The notes: generated by a model from the letters alone, not told the origin. 50,820 bases of DNA from Candidatus Hodarchaeota archaeon (GCA_048886745.1 JBHLKK010000005.1:1-50820); one strand, 5' to 3'. Numbered from the stretch's first letter, positions 1 to 10,405 are shown. Numbers and translations: made by a program.

Positions 1-328
1 TTGAAACCTGTTCGTTCGGGTGGATTTGTCTGCTCTGTGAAAGGCACCTTTCCTAGAAGGAGCGCCGAGGAGGGGCGTGATGAAACAAATACCCAAACCG
101 CCACAAGGCGGGAAAGGGGGAATGAAATGTGTTCGTCGTAAAGAGAAAGGTACGAAATGTGGTTAAAGAAAACGGATCCCCTAGAGATGCCCTGTCTCCT
201 AATCAGGCTGCTCAAATACTGAGACGTCCTCTATTACTTTAAGGATATCAGCAGGTTGTGGATGAAAAAGGTCATCTGTTGGGATCTGGATGGATTACCA
301 TCTGACCACACACAACCTCTCTTTTTTT
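1..328 (+). ncRNA. Candidate large structured non-coding RNA of unknown family; 5' end probably outside the window
   Basis: No ORF in the track. Nested helices: 18-29/85-94, 47-50/57-60, 63-66/74-77, 98-102/107-111, 158-164/304-310, 174-180/281-287, 185-189/273-277, 194-198/221-225, 289-293/298-302. G-U pairs work only on +. T7 run at 322-328. Confidence 0.6.
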
Positions 329-481
329 GCTTTTAGGTATTGACTGTCTGAGGATTCTATCAAAAATTAATTCTTCTTTTAGAATACCTATTCTGAATCT
401 AGATTCTACTTTCCTTTTTCCTCACATATCTTAAAAATATGTGATTCATTATAGGAAGCAAAAGAGTAATTGGTGAGTCCT

Positions 482-1673
482 ATGCGCGATTCGGATATTA
501 TGGTTTTATCCGGGAAATATGGCTACTCTTCAGACGTTGTCAGGGAATTAATTGAATCATATGGCTTGGATCGCACAGAGCGTATTATTGCTACATTGAG
601 GAGACCTGGAAAGCACTACACGATTAGAGCAAACACTCTCAGAATCTTGCCGGAACAACTCATAGACTTGCTGGCCAAAAAGGGTCTAGAAGCCAAATCC
701 GATTTGGAAATAACTGAAATGATCTCCTTTCCAGTCAAGGGTCCTTTTGATTTACCTGATGCTCATAAGAGGATTGTGGCAGATAAATTTCGCAGCAGAA
801 AGCGTGATGTTGGGTGCTTGTCTTTACGCCCCAGGAGCAATAAAAACGGATAAGATCCATCCTGGGGACGAAGTTCTCATAGTTGACAAATACGGCAACC
901 ACGTAGCTGCTGGCATAGCAAGAATGAGTAGCAAAGAAATATTGCAAAAGAAGCAAGGACTGGCTGTGGAAGTTACTCAATCCAGATATCATGCTTTAAG
1001 CTTGCGAGAAACACCATTGTATGAATCAGGATATTTCTATAGCCAATCTTTGCCTGCTATTCTTACAAGTCGGATTCTGGGTCCGAAACCGAATGAATTT
1101 GTCATTGATATGTGTGCTGCACCAGGCGGAAAGACCACACACATGGCTCAATTAATGAGTAATACGGGAACAATATTGGCTGTAGATCGTTCGCCATCTC
1201 GTCTACAAAAACTAAAAAATCACATCCAGAGATTAGGCATAACCAACGTCAAGATTCTTCGACAAAATGCCCTTAAACTGGCTGAGAAATACTCTCTAAA
1301 AGCTGATCGAATATTAATCGATCCTCCTTGTTCTGCTCTAGGGCACCGTCCTAAACTGTATGAAACCAAAACAAAGAATGAGATTCTGGGATGCGCAGCT
1401 TATCAAAGGCAGTTTCTTGGTGTAGCTGGGAAACTGGTAAAAAAAGGCGGGATTATTGCTTATAGTACCTGCACTTTATCGGCGGAGGAAAACGAACTAA
1501 ATATCAAACATGCAGTAGAACATTTTGGATTTTCTGTTATCGATCAAAACTATTTCTATGGTTCACCGGGTGAACTGCGAGAGGAATTCCCTGAAGCGAA
1601 GCATTTACAGCGATTCTATCCGGATTTGCACGATACACCAGGATTTTTCATAGCTTTGATGACGAAGATTTAG
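482..1673 (+). CDS. PUA-domain NOL1/NOP2/Sun (NSUN6-like) RNA m5C methyltransferase, split by a +1 frameshift at ~788-791
   Basis: ORF 470-853 (IRANTLR...IVADKF) joins ORF 747-1673 (AAESVMLGA, PUA, DMCAAPGGKT, DPPCS, YSTCT) if one base is skipped. GGTGAG precedes ATG 482. Confidence 0.85.
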
Positions 1674-1705
1674 AGATGAAGCTGCCTCCTGTGAATAACT
1701 CACCA

Positions 1706-2323
1706 TCAAATTGCAGTTACTTTTATTATGCAACGTAAGGGCACACCATCAATTTCGTCAGTACCAGTTTTGTTTGCTATGACAATGGCACCAACAACCC
1801 TTGTATTTGTCTTTTTAGAGGCATTGGTTATTTCATTTATCATAATTCCGCTTGTTATTACATCATCTACAAGTAGAATCTTCTTTCCATAGACATCGCC
1901 GAAGTTTGAGTCCACTACGCTAAGATGTTGTTCGTCCTTTTTTCCCTCAGCACTGTATCTCCACCTGATGATTGCCAACGGTTTTTCTAACTCTCGTGCA
2001 ATGATGGCAGCTAGTGGTCCACCGTCAGCATCTACTCCTGCAATCATGTCTGGCTCTTCAATGGTTCCATCTGCCATAGCTTCGTCTACCAAATTAGCGA
2101 GCATTATTCCCATAAGCTCAACACGAGCAGGATCTCTGCCTATAATGCTCCAGTCGACATATACATCCTTCGGTTCGGTCCTTCTTACACCTTTTTCTGC
2201 CTTAACTACTAGCCATGTTGCGGTGTCGGTTTGCACATTCAATATATCTGCTATTTCCTCTGTCGATAAACCCTTACTTTTGAGCGCTTTAGCCTTTTCT
2301 ATCAATTCTTCCAATCCACTCAT
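1706..2323 (-). CDS. Orotate phosphoribosyltransferase-like protein with N-terminal HTH (GfcR family)
   Basis: LIEKAKALKSKGLSTEEIADILNV HTH; DVYVDWS; PRT loop LLVDDVITSG. Confidence 0.8.
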   Translation of the reverse strand: MSGLEELIEKAKALKSKGLSTEEIADILNVQTDTATWLVVKAEKGVRRTEPKDVYVDWSIIGRDPARVELMGIMLANLVDEAMADGTIEEPDMIAGVDADGGPLAAIIARELEKPLAIIRWRYSAEGKKDEQHLSVVDSNFGDVYGKKILLVDDVITSGIMINEITNASKKTNTRVVGAIVIANKTGTDEIDGVPLRCIIKVTAI

Positions 2324-2394
2324 TTGTATTTCTCACCTAAGGAAATCAATATCATTTTACTTACTCTATTATCTTATTTTTGATTCCTTTAAGA

Positions 2395-3081
2395 CTATCT
2401 CCATCCATATTTCCCTCTGAGGGGGACAAAAGCTACTCCACAAAGTCTCTTTTTGCTTATTCCTTTGCTAGTTTTTTCGGCTAAGATAAGATCCTGCCAC
2501 AGATGTAGTTGTCCTATTGGTATAACAAGTTTTCCCGTTTCCTTCAACTGTTCAATCAATGGCTCCGGTATTCTTGGACCCGCTGCTGTCACGAGAATGC
2601 GATCAAAAGGTGCCTCCTCTTGAAGACCACATGTCCCATCCCCTACGACAACTGTAACTCTATCACCATATCCTGCTCTTTCTAGATTCTTTCTGGCGAA
2701 TTCTGCTAACTTAGGTATCCTCTCGATAGAGAACACATGCCCTTTCTTCTCAGTGTCATGTGGAGCCACAATCTCAGCACATATCGCTGCATGATAGCCT
2801 GAACCTGCACCTACTTCCAACATCTTATGTCCTATGTGTAGGTCCAGAATTTCCGACATCATCAGAACCATATGAATTGCAGATATGGTTTGACCATGTC
2901 CTATCGGAAGCGGAGTATCTACATAGGCTTCACTTCTCAAATCTGGCTTCACAAATTCCTCCCGTGGAACCTTCAGGAATGCTTCTATGACTTTAGGCTC
3001 ACTCACTGCACCGGATCTCTTCAATCGTTCTATTGTCTTTTGCTTTTCTTCCAAAGATCGCTTATTTGACAAGGACTTCAC
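2395..3081 (-). CDS. pcm: Protein-L-isoaspartate O-methyltransferase
   Basis: VPREEF, GQTISA, LEVGAGSGY, APFDRILVTAA, FVPLRG motifs. Confidence 0.95.
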   Translation of the reverse strand: MKSLSNKRSLEEKQKTIERLKRSGAVSEPKVIEAFLKVPREEFVKPDLRSEAYVDTPLPIGHGQTISAIHMVLMMSEILDLHIGHKMLEVGAGSGYHAAICAEIVAPHDTEKKGHVFSIERIPKLAEFARKNLERAGYGDRVTVVVGDGTCGLQEEAPFDRILVTAAGPRIPEPLIEQLKETGKLVIPIGQLHLWQDLILAEKTSKGISKKRLCGVAFVPLRGKYGWR

Positions 3082-3176
3082 CGAGATTTAGCAAACTGGA
3101 TGGCTAGGAACAATAACACCTTATCTTTAATTAATTTAGCGTGTAATGATTAGTAGAAAGACTGTGAGGCAATCAA

Positions 3177-3599
3177 TTGGCCAAAGTAGTTGAGATCATC
3201 AAAGCAAAGGGTCATCCCAATATAACTGCAACACACAAAACTACGTATGAATTAACCACTGCTCCCACGGTTGGAAAAAGAGGTACTTGCGTTATTGGAG
3301 TAGACGCCAACAGGTCGATAAATGATCTAAGTCCCGATTTCAAGGAATTCGCGCGTTTTGAAGAAGTAGAAATTCGGGTAGTTCTTAGCGTTGGCAAGTT
3401 CGAAGAAGTAATCACGGGATATGGCCATCCTGATCTGACTTTTTCACACTCTTCGGACATAGTTGGACGCAAAAGCGATTTTACTTGTGGACGTACTCTC
3501 ATGATTAGAGCCGACAAAGCAGCTATTGATTTGAATCGTAAAATGATATCCCTTCTAAAGAATCCCCGACAGTTTATCACTTCTACCATTACTATCTAG
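3177..3599 (+). CDS. DUF371 family protein
   Basis: AKGHPNITATHKTT and VGRKSDFTCGRTLMIRADKAA motifs. Confidence 0.85.
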   Translation: MAKVVEIIKAKGHPNITATHKTTYELTTAPTVGKRGTCVIGVDANRSINDLSPDFKEFARFEEVEIRVVLSVGKFEEVITGYGHPDLTFSHSSDIVGRKSDFTCGRTLMIRADKAAIDLNRKMISLLKNPRQFITSTITI

Positions 3600-3608
3600 G
3601 GAATTCTG

Positions 3609-4673
3609 TCACTTTATCTTGATGTCGAGTCCCACATGCCATTTGAAAGGTGCACTTTCTTTAATTTTCCTACCAGAAATACTTTCCAACTTCCTTCCAT
3701 GGGCCTCGATTTTATTTGACATCTCAGCCATAGCTTCCTCAACTGGTGTATCTGATGATCTGAACTCATAGTAGTGTATTGTTCCTCCGCTTGGTTTGGT
3801 GGCCAAACATGCCACATCCAAATACTGACTCGCTCCTTCGGGAAGGTTCATGATCACTCTGTCGACCATTCCCCGATAATCTTTCTCAACTATTCTTCTG
3901 GCTTCTCCCAAAATTGCTACAACCAGATTATTGACTCGGTTCATCAAGATATTCTGCCTTAAATAATGCATTGCATGCGGATTGATGTCAATCGCGTATA
4001 CATTGGCCCCTTTGGTTTTGGCTATCAAGACTGAAAAAGGTCCGACACCAGCAAACATATCTAGCACTGTCTCTTTAGACTCGATCTGAGCTGCTATTCT
4101 CCCCCTTTCTGTGGATAAACGTGGACTAAAATACACCTTTGAAATATCGAGCCGGTATACGCATCCGTGTTCATGATAGATTGTTTCGGTTTTGTTCGCT
4201 CCTGCAACGTGTTCTAGCGCTCTAGTCCGGTGTCGACCTTCTATGATCCCCGCCTTGGCAAATACAGAACTCACATTCTTGTTGACAGAAATCAAGGCTT
4301 CCCCAATTTTCCTCTTTGCACTTTCAAGCTCTGTTGGTATTTCGATTACTGCAATATTCCCGATAGTATCGAATGCTCTAGGGAGCAATTCAAGTTGAGA
4401 CGGCGTAAGTTTATTGGTCAAAAACTCTTTCAAGTTCCTAGGCTTTTTCTTTGTTCTAGCTTTAAGGCTTCTATTGACCATTCCATATTGACCTATCTCT
4501 TCTGAGATTTTCATATCTTCCTCTGAAGAGGGTTTTCTTATTAATGGAACATATAATCGAACACCGTCGCTTTCGATTTTCCAATTCTCATTAAAGAGTT
4601 CTAATATTTTCAGGATTTTTCTAGCTTTTTCTCCTCTGTCTTTTGAAACGCTCAAACATAAAACAGAATCCAT
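3609..4673 (-). CDS. trm5: Trm5/Taw2 (Met-10+) class I tRNA methyltransferase
   Basis: FDTIGNIAV, KVYFSPRL, DMFAGVGPF, RVIMNLP. Start moved to ATG 4673 because the longer ORF overlaps tRNA-Arg. Confidence 0.85.
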   Translation of the reverse strand: MDSVLCLSVSKDRGEKARKILKILELFNENWKIESDGVRLYVPLIRKPSSEEDMKISEEIGQYGMVNRSLKARTKKKPRNLKEFLTNKLTPSQLELLPRAFDTIGNIAVIEIPTELESAKRKIGEALISVNKNVSSVFAKAGIIEGRHRTRALEHVAGANKTETIYHEHGCVYRLDISKVYFSPRLSTERGRIAAQIESKETVLDMFAGVGPFSVLIAKTKGANVYAIDINPHAMHYLRQNILMNRVNNLVVAILGEARRIVEKDYRGMVDRVIMNLPEGASQYLDVACLATKPSGGTIHYYEFRSSDTPVEEAMAEMSNKIEAHGRKLESISGRKIKESAPFKWHVGLDIKIK

Positions 4674-4701
4674 TAACCACACCAATGATATAGGCCAAAA
4701 A

Positions 4702-4835
4702 TGGCGGGCCCGAGGGGAATTCCAGCCAATTCTCATTGAAAAGGCATTTGAACCCCCGATTCAGCTCAGCTCATATGCATGGCAGATCTGCTGGCTTAGA
4801 AGGCCAGCGCCCTATCCTGGCTAGGCCACGGGCCC
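4702..4835 (-). tRNA. tRNA-Arg(TCT) with two non-canonical introns (variable loop ~46/47 and T-loop 59/60, 28 nt each); CCA encoded
   Basis: GGGCCCG/CGGGCCC acceptor stem, CTGGC-CT-TCT-AA-GCCAG arm, GGGGG-TTCAAA[intron]T-CCCCT. Removing both BHB-bounded inserts gives 78 nt. Confidence 0.9.
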
Positions 4836-4901
4836 TTTAAGAATAAAGTATGAATGTTGCTTTTAAACGTTAATGCAGGAGCAGCCTCGCCCAATTAAAA
4901 C

Positions 4902-5567
4902 TTATATCTTTATTAGCTTCCTTCTGCTCATTCGCACTATATGCCCGGCTAAATCCACTACCGCGTCTGCATTATCTATAATGATTCCATCGCTGCTGGC
5001 TACAACCTCTCCTCTACTTAGAACTTCTCGATCGGGTTGCTTTACTGCTCCTGCATCGCCTTTTAATCCATGCTCCGCTATCCTTTTTCTTACTGTTCTT
5101 GCCAGCTCTCCACTTTTGCTTATTGGCTGATCAAAATAGAATAAGGTTGTTCTTGGGAAGCATTTCACTAACAAGTCCAAAATCAGCTTTATCGCATCAT
5201 ATGTTACTTCTGCTACCTTATAATTACTGAAAACGCCTGTAATGTCGCGTAAGACCCCATCGTCACAATCTATAATCGGCAATTCTTTTAGCATGCTCTC
5301 GATAACTATTATCTGATTGTATCCGTCTATTGCCAATACTTTGTTTTTAATTTCTGTTACTGAAATAAGCTTATCCTTTCTTTTTTCTGCGTCCTGCGGG
5401 GGATATATGGCTCTGAAAAGAATATGTCGCTCCTCATTATCGAGCAGATACTTATCCCCAACAAGATTCAAAGCACTTGTTCTGCCGTAGCCCCTGCTTA
5501 GTAAGTACCTAAGATCCTTTGCAGCTTCTTTCATGTTCGATAAATTTGGGAGCTTGTTTTGCTTCAT
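4902..5567 (-). CDS. DUF434 family protein
   Basis: DLRYLLSRGY, IDGYN, DGVLRDI, PISKSGELA motifs. Confidence 0.85.
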   Translation of the reverse strand: MKQNKLPNLSNMKEAAKDLRYLLSRGYGRTSALNLVGDKYLLDNEERHILFRAIYPPQDAEKRKDKLISVTEIKNKVLAIDGYNQIIVIESMLKELPIIDCDDGVLRDITGVFSNYKVAEVTYDAIKLILDLLVKCFPRTTLFYFDQPISKSGELARTVRKRIAEHGLKGDAGAVKQPDREVLSRGEVVASSDGIIIDNADAVVDLAGHIVRMSRRKLIKI

Positions 5568-8344
5568 GTTGCCTTCTCTTCTATGATTTTTGACGCTCTT
5601 TTTAAGGCATCGTTAACTTTGTCGATTCTTGGTCCCCCTCCTTGACCCAAATCGACTTTTCCACCGCCTTTTCCTCCGACAACTTGGGCTGCCTGTTTTG
5701 CTATTTCTCCAGAATCTACTCCTTTTTCGACAGCTTCTTGGCCAGCCATCACAACGATGCTGACTCTATCTGCCAAATTACACAATACTACAACAATGTC
5801 GGGTCTATCTCGGGTGAGACTACCTGCAGTTTCAATTAGTTCCTTAATACTTTTGCCGCGGGTCGTTTTACCGATAAATGCAATATCTCCAATTTTCTCA
5901 ATAGACTCCTCAAGTCTTTTCCCTTCGAATTCGGCTAACTCCCTACCTAGGCGCTCTACTTCCTTCTTGAGTACCTTCCATTCTTTAAAGAATTTTTTCA
6001 CAGTCTGAGGCAGTTGATCTTTGGAAATTCTTAATATCTCGGAGGCATCCTCAAGAATATTCTCCTGCCCTTGAATATATTTAATTGCAGATTCTCCCGC
6101 AGAATACTCCAATCTGACTATTCCATCTTGTATTCTTTCAGCACCAATGATTTTTATGACTCCAACTTCTCCAGTTGCTGTAACGTGTTGTCCTCCACAT
6201 GCCTCAACATCCCAATCATCTACATCCACTATTCTAAGCTCACTACCTGGTACTACGCCTCCTTGATATATCCTAAATCCAAATTTCTTCTCGGCTTCAT
6301 TCCTTTCCATTATAGCACTTCTTACAGCACGATTCTCCATCACTATGCGATTTGAAAGCTCCTCTATTTTCCCAATCTCCTCTTTTGAGATGGATTTAAA
6401 ATGAGTAATATCAAGACGTGCCTTTTCCGGAGTTTTCTCAGCCCCTGCCTGCCATATGTGATTACCCAAGAGTTCTCTTGCTGCCCCATTTACTATGTGG
6501 GTGGCTGTATGATGTCTCATCAAGGCGATTCTCCTTTCCCAATCAATCTTCCCGAGAACCTCTTGTCCTTCCTCAAATCTTGGGGCATCAACTTTGTGAA
6601 CCACAATCTCACCTATTTTTTCCACATTGATAACTCTAGATTCGTTCAATGTGCCCGTATCGTGAGTTTGTCCTCCACCTGTTGGATAAAACAAGGTCTG
6701 ATCCAACACAACATATCTACCGTTCATTATCTTCATTACTTTGGCCTTGAATTCTTTTTCGTATAACTCTTCATAGTATCGAAGACGCGTGGGCTTTACG
6801 ACTTCAAGCTCCTCTTTGAGTTGCTCCAACGGAGCAATTTCTTCTCCCTTGATCTCTTCTTCAGTTTTTCTCTCATTAATACTCACATAGAAATCGCCGG
6901 GGATTTCTACATGTTTTCCTCTTTTCTCAGCAATCTCTTTTACTACCTCAGGAGATATTCCTCTTGATTCATATAGCTCCAGTAAAGTTTCCCGATCGAT
7001 TTCTTCTTTCTTTTTGAACAACCCTTCAACATGCCTTTTTCCCTTTTCAAGCATACTATGATACCTATTGGCTTCAATATCCAGTATGTCGTCAACGAGA
7101 TCCTCCGAATTAAGTACTCTTGGATAAGATTTCTTGAGATAGTTGATGTGCCTATAACAGATCTCGGGCAGATTTAGCCCCAGTTTGTAGACATCATTCA
7201 AACTCATTGCTCTTCGAAGGATTGTTCTAAGATTGTAGCCTCCTCCAACATTTGAGGGTATTGCACCATCGGCTAGGGCAAAAACAAATGTGCGCATATG
7301 ATCTGCTATGGCATAAATCGCTTCAAGAGGTCCCAATTCTCTTTCAAGTTCACGATGACTAATACCTATTCGTGATGCTATCTCCCGTCTGACAGCTTCA
7401 ATATTACCGACTTCTTCAACATCTATGAGGCCTGATAAGATTGCATATCTGTGCAACAGCTCTTTGTCAACGCTTATTCCTGACTCTTTTAACATATAAT
7501 TAAAAACAGGCCCAAATGTCGCTTCATAAATGGTTGGAGTCCCTTGTGTAAACCAGCATGTCCTCTCAATACCCCAGCCAACGTCAATTATCTTAAAATC
7601 CATTTTCTGATAGCTACCGTCTGGCAAGACCTCATATTGCATGAAAACATTGTTGACAATCTCTAGTCCTCTTCCAAATGCCTCAAGACATGGGCCGAAA
7701 TTACCCCCGCCAATCCAAATATCTTCCTTGTAGAGGACTTCTTCCGGTCTCAGTCTTAGATTTTGGGTTAGAAATTTGAAGTTGAGTTCAATACAATGAT
7801 CCATCCAATATCCTTCAAGTCCCAGCCTTTTGGAATTGAATGAATGTTGTCCTCCCATAACAAAGAGGCTTAGGTGTCTTCCGCTTTTTCCTACATTATC
7901 AACATCGCTAAAACCCTTTCCCCCAAACCTAACACAAGGTTGTGGTACAACCAACGGATTTGCGGGTGGTTTTGTTACACCGCTTAAAACCCAAGGTTGA
8001 AAATCAGCTATGGATGCAATTGTGAAGTATATGTCATCACGCCATCGAGCAACAACTGGGTACTCTTTAATCCTCGTGTGTCCATGTTGCTCGAAAAATC
8101 CGCACCATTCATCAATTGTCTTATGAAAATCCCAGCCTCCATTTATCCTCTGATCAATGAATTTGTATCCTCCTACGCATCCTGTATCTCCACATGATTT
8201 CTCATCAGGATTCATTGTCCAGAAGTAACCGCCACAGCCTCCACATTTTACTCTTTCAAAACCTTTTTCCCTGAATAACTCTACTTCGTACTCTTTCCGA
8301 TTGAATATCTTTCTCAAATTCTTTTTTGAAATCAACAGGCCCAC
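5564..8344 (-). CDS. alaS: Alanine--tRNA ligase (archaeal type)
   Basis: YPVVARWRDD, IDVGWGIER, HHTATH editing motif, ACGG, GGKGGG C-terminal domain. Confidence 0.97.
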   Translation of the reverse strand: MGLLISKKNLRKIFNRKEYEVELFREKGFERVKCGGCGGYFWTMNPDEKSCGDTGCVGGYKFIDQRINGGWDFHKTIDEWCGFFEQHGHTRIKEYPVVARWRDDIYFTIASIADFQPWVLSGVTKPPANPLVVPQPCVRFGGKGFSDVDNVGKSGRHLSLFVMGGQHSFNSKRLGLEGYWMDHCIELNFKFLTQNLRLRPEEVLYKEDIWIGGGNFGPCLEAFGRGLEIVNNVFMQYEVLPDGSYQKMDFKIIDVGWGIERTCWFTQGTPTIYEATFGPVFNYMLKESGISVDKELLHRYAILSGLIDVEEVGNIEAVRREIASRIGISHRELERELGPLEAIYAIADHMRTFVFALADGAIPSNVGGGYNLRTILRRAMSLNDVYKLGLNLPEICYRHINYLKKSYPRVLNSEDLVDDILDIEANRYHSMLEKGKRHVEGLFKKKEEIDRETLLELYESRGISPEVVKEIAEKRGKHVEIPGDFYVSINERKTEEEIKGEEIAPLEQLKEELEVVKPTRLRYYEELYEKEFKAKVMKIMNGRYVVLDQTLFYPTGGGQTHDTGTLNESRVINVEKIGEIVVHKVDAPRFEEGQEVLGKIDWERRIALMRHHTATHIVNGAARELLGNHIWQAGAEKTPEKARLDITHFKSISKEEIGKIEELSNRIVMENRAVRSAIMERNEAEKKFGFRIYQGGVVPGSELRIVDVDDWDVEACGGQHVTATGEVGVIKIIGAERIQDGIVRLEYSAGESAIKYIQGQENILEDASEILRISKDQLPQTVKKFFKEWKVLKKEVERLGRELAEFEGKRLEESIEKIGDIAFIGKTTRGKSIKELIETAGSLTRDRPDIVVVLCNLADRVSIVVMAGQEAVEKGVDSGEIAKQAAQVVGGKGGGKVDLGQGGGPRIDKVNDALKRASKIIEEKAT

Positions 8345-8489
8345 CTCGACATCGGAAAGTGATTTATCATATTGAATCTAGTTATCACTTCTAATGGTGG
8401 CTAATCTATTAATTAATAGTGATTTTTTTCCTAATTTAGAATAATTGGAATGGACATCAGATCCACAAAAAGGAATAGATTGGTTGCCC

Positions 8490-8789
8490 TCACCCGAACA
8501 ATGCTCCCAAACCTGCTGTAGCCTCTTCTTCCTCTTCTACCTTTACCTCTTTCTTCTTCTCTTTGGCAGGTGTTTCAGTCTTCGCAGTTGTTGTAGGCGC
8601 TGCTACCGGAGCTATTGCAGCCATCTTAGTAGCTTCCTCTATGTTTACGTCCTTGAGTGCAGCAACCAATGATTTCACTCGCGCTTCGTTGACTTTTGTT
8701 CCTGCTGCCTCCAAAACTTTGCCAACGTTGGCCTCAGTAATCTTTTGTCCAGTTTTGTGGAGCAGCATTGCAGCGTAGACGTATTCCAT
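8490..8789 (-). CDS. rpl12: 50S ribosomal protein P1/L12
   Basis: MEYVYAAMLLH...EEEEEATAGLGALFG. Confidence 0.97.
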   Translation of the reverse strand: MEYVYAAMLLHKTGQKITEANVGKVLEAAGTKVNEARVKSLVAALKDVNIEEATKMAAIAPVAAPTTTAKTETPAKEKKKEVKVEEEEEATAGLGALFG

Positions 8790-8854
8790 ATCATACACCT
8801 CCGAATTATGAATTCTTTACATGCATCTCTTCTCTCTTTTTTTTTTACTCTTGA

Positions 8855-9730
8855 TTAAGTAGACTCCTTATGCACCAGTGCATATAGGGCATTAGCCTCG
8901 GCTTCTGCCCTAGATAATGACCCCTCTATGAGTCCTGGTATGAATATTTGGGCATTTGCCGAGAGATTATTTATCTCCATAGATGCCTTTTGAAGTAGAA
9001 TGCTTATGTTATCGGTTGTCGGATATGCCATGGAGACTGCTAGATTGATTGCTTCTGCATAAGCCATCTTTATTTGATCAAATATCCTTTCGATATCGGT
9101 TATTAGGTCCTCACCGGTGAAGATTGCTCCATTTTGATATGCCGCGTGTAGAGTCAGTCCAACTTCCATTGGGGTTATGCCCAGTTTAGATAGAATCAGT
9201 GCTACTTTTCGGGGTACTTCTTCACCTTTTTTGACCATAATTTTGTCTTCTGCTATCCATATTGTCCCGGATTTGATTTTGGTTCTTAGTCCCAGATCTC
9301 CCAATTCAGTTATCATGGGGCCCGGCGGGAATCCTGTGTTTCCTTCGGGAATTATGATATCTTGGGAGGGAATATTCCCGGGTTTTGCGGGGGCCTTCGT
9401 TTTATTCTTGTCTAGAAATCTGGCTATCTCAAACGGATCTTTATTAATGAAAAGGAAGGCTATTGTTCCATCTATCTTGTCCATTAGTTTCTCGATATTC
9501 TTCTTCGTTCCCTTAGCTTTCTCTATGGCTCGTTTCATCAACCTGTTTTTTGCCATTCTGATAATAGCTTCCCCTCTTAGTTTCTTTCTAATATCTTGAA
9601 CCTGTTTTACACTCAATTCTTCCATCTTTACTAGGCCAACCACATCGTATTCCTCGATGTATTTTGCCAGCTGCTCTACTTCCCTTACCTTTGTCTCGGA
9701 TACTTCCCTCTTTTGAGCTGAGATACTCAT
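8855..9730 (-). CDS. rpl10: 50S ribosomal protein L10/P0
   Basis: KNRLMKRA, APAKPG, GNTGFPPGP; position in the L11-L1-L10-P1 cluster. Confidence 0.95.
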   Translation of the reverse strand: MSISAQKREVSETKVREVEQLAKYIEEYDVVGLVKMEELSVKQVQDIRKKLRGEAIIRMAKNRLMKRAIEKAKGTKKNIEKLMDKIDGTIAFLFINKDPFEIARFLDKNKTKAPAKPGNIPSQDIIIPEGNTGFPPGPMITELGDLGLRTKIKSGTIWIAEDKIMVKKGEEVPRKVALILSKLGITPMEVGLTLHAAYQNGAIFTGEDLITDIERIFDQIKMAYAEAINLAVSMAYPTTDNISILLQKASMEINNLSANAQIFIPGLIEGSLSRAEAEANALYALVHKEST

Positions 9731-9742
9731 TTAGCCCACATC

Positions 9743-10405
9743 CTAGAGCTCCAGTTTTACTGTAGGACCCATGCTTGTTTTGACATAGATTGATTTGACG
9801 TTTTGCATCCCTTTATCTAGATTTTGTTCAAGAAACATTAATATCTCTCGGATATTTTCTGCGATGCTTTTGTTATCCAAATTCTTGTCTCCAACCTTAG
9901 CCTGTACGACTGGACTCTTCTTCATTACTATTCTTACGGTTTTACTATACCTTTCCAAAACGGGCTTAATGTCTGATGTTGGTGGAATAATGCCTCCTCC
10001 AGGCTTAGGCATCTTTCCTCTGGGTCCAAGAATCGGTCCCAGAAATCTCCCAATCAGCGGCATCATATCGGCGCTTGCTATGAAGAAGTCATTCTCGTTC
10101 ACTATTCTTTTGGCTGATTTCCTATCAGTGGCTAATTTCTCTAAATCTTCTTTTGCCAGAACCAAATCTGCTTCTTCTTTCTTGGCTTGAATTGCCAAAT
10201 CTCCCATAGCTATGACGCATATTTTGGGTTTTTTAGCAAGACTATTCGGTACAACTACTTCTGCATCTATTCTACTCTCTGGTCTTTTGAGATCTATTCC
10301 CTTTATGTTAACGGCGAGGTCAATCGATTCTGCAAAGTTTCTTGTTTTTGCTTTTTTCTTTGCCTCAGCAACTGTTTCTACAATCTTATCAAAGTTAATT
10401 GACAT
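9743..10405 (-). CDS. rpl1: 50S ribosomal protein L1
   Basis: RNFAESIDL, LGPRGKMP, VKTSMGP. Confidence 0.97.
   Translation of the reverse strand: MSINFDKIVETVAEAKKKAKTRNFAESIDLAVNIKGIDLKRPESRIDAEVVVPNSLAKKPKICVIAMGDLAIQAKKEEADLVLAKEDLEKLATDRKSAKRIVNENDFFIASADMMPLIGRFLGPILGPRGKMPKPGGGIIPPTSDIKPVLERYSKTVRIVMKKSPVVQAKVGDKNLDNKSIAENIREILMFLEQNLDKGMQNVKSIYVKTSMGPTVKLEL

Noticed and set aside
1-328. rRNA fragment or group I/II intron
   Set aside because: No recognisable rRNA conserved blocks, no domain V AGC-triad hairpin and no P7 R/S elements.
780-800. BHB mRNA intron explaining the methyltransferase split
   Set aside because: The protein is continuous after removing a single base, leaving no room for an intron.
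4674-4736. N-terminal extension of Trm5
   Set aside because: Overlaps the tRNA-Arg 3' end; ATG 4673 is the better start.
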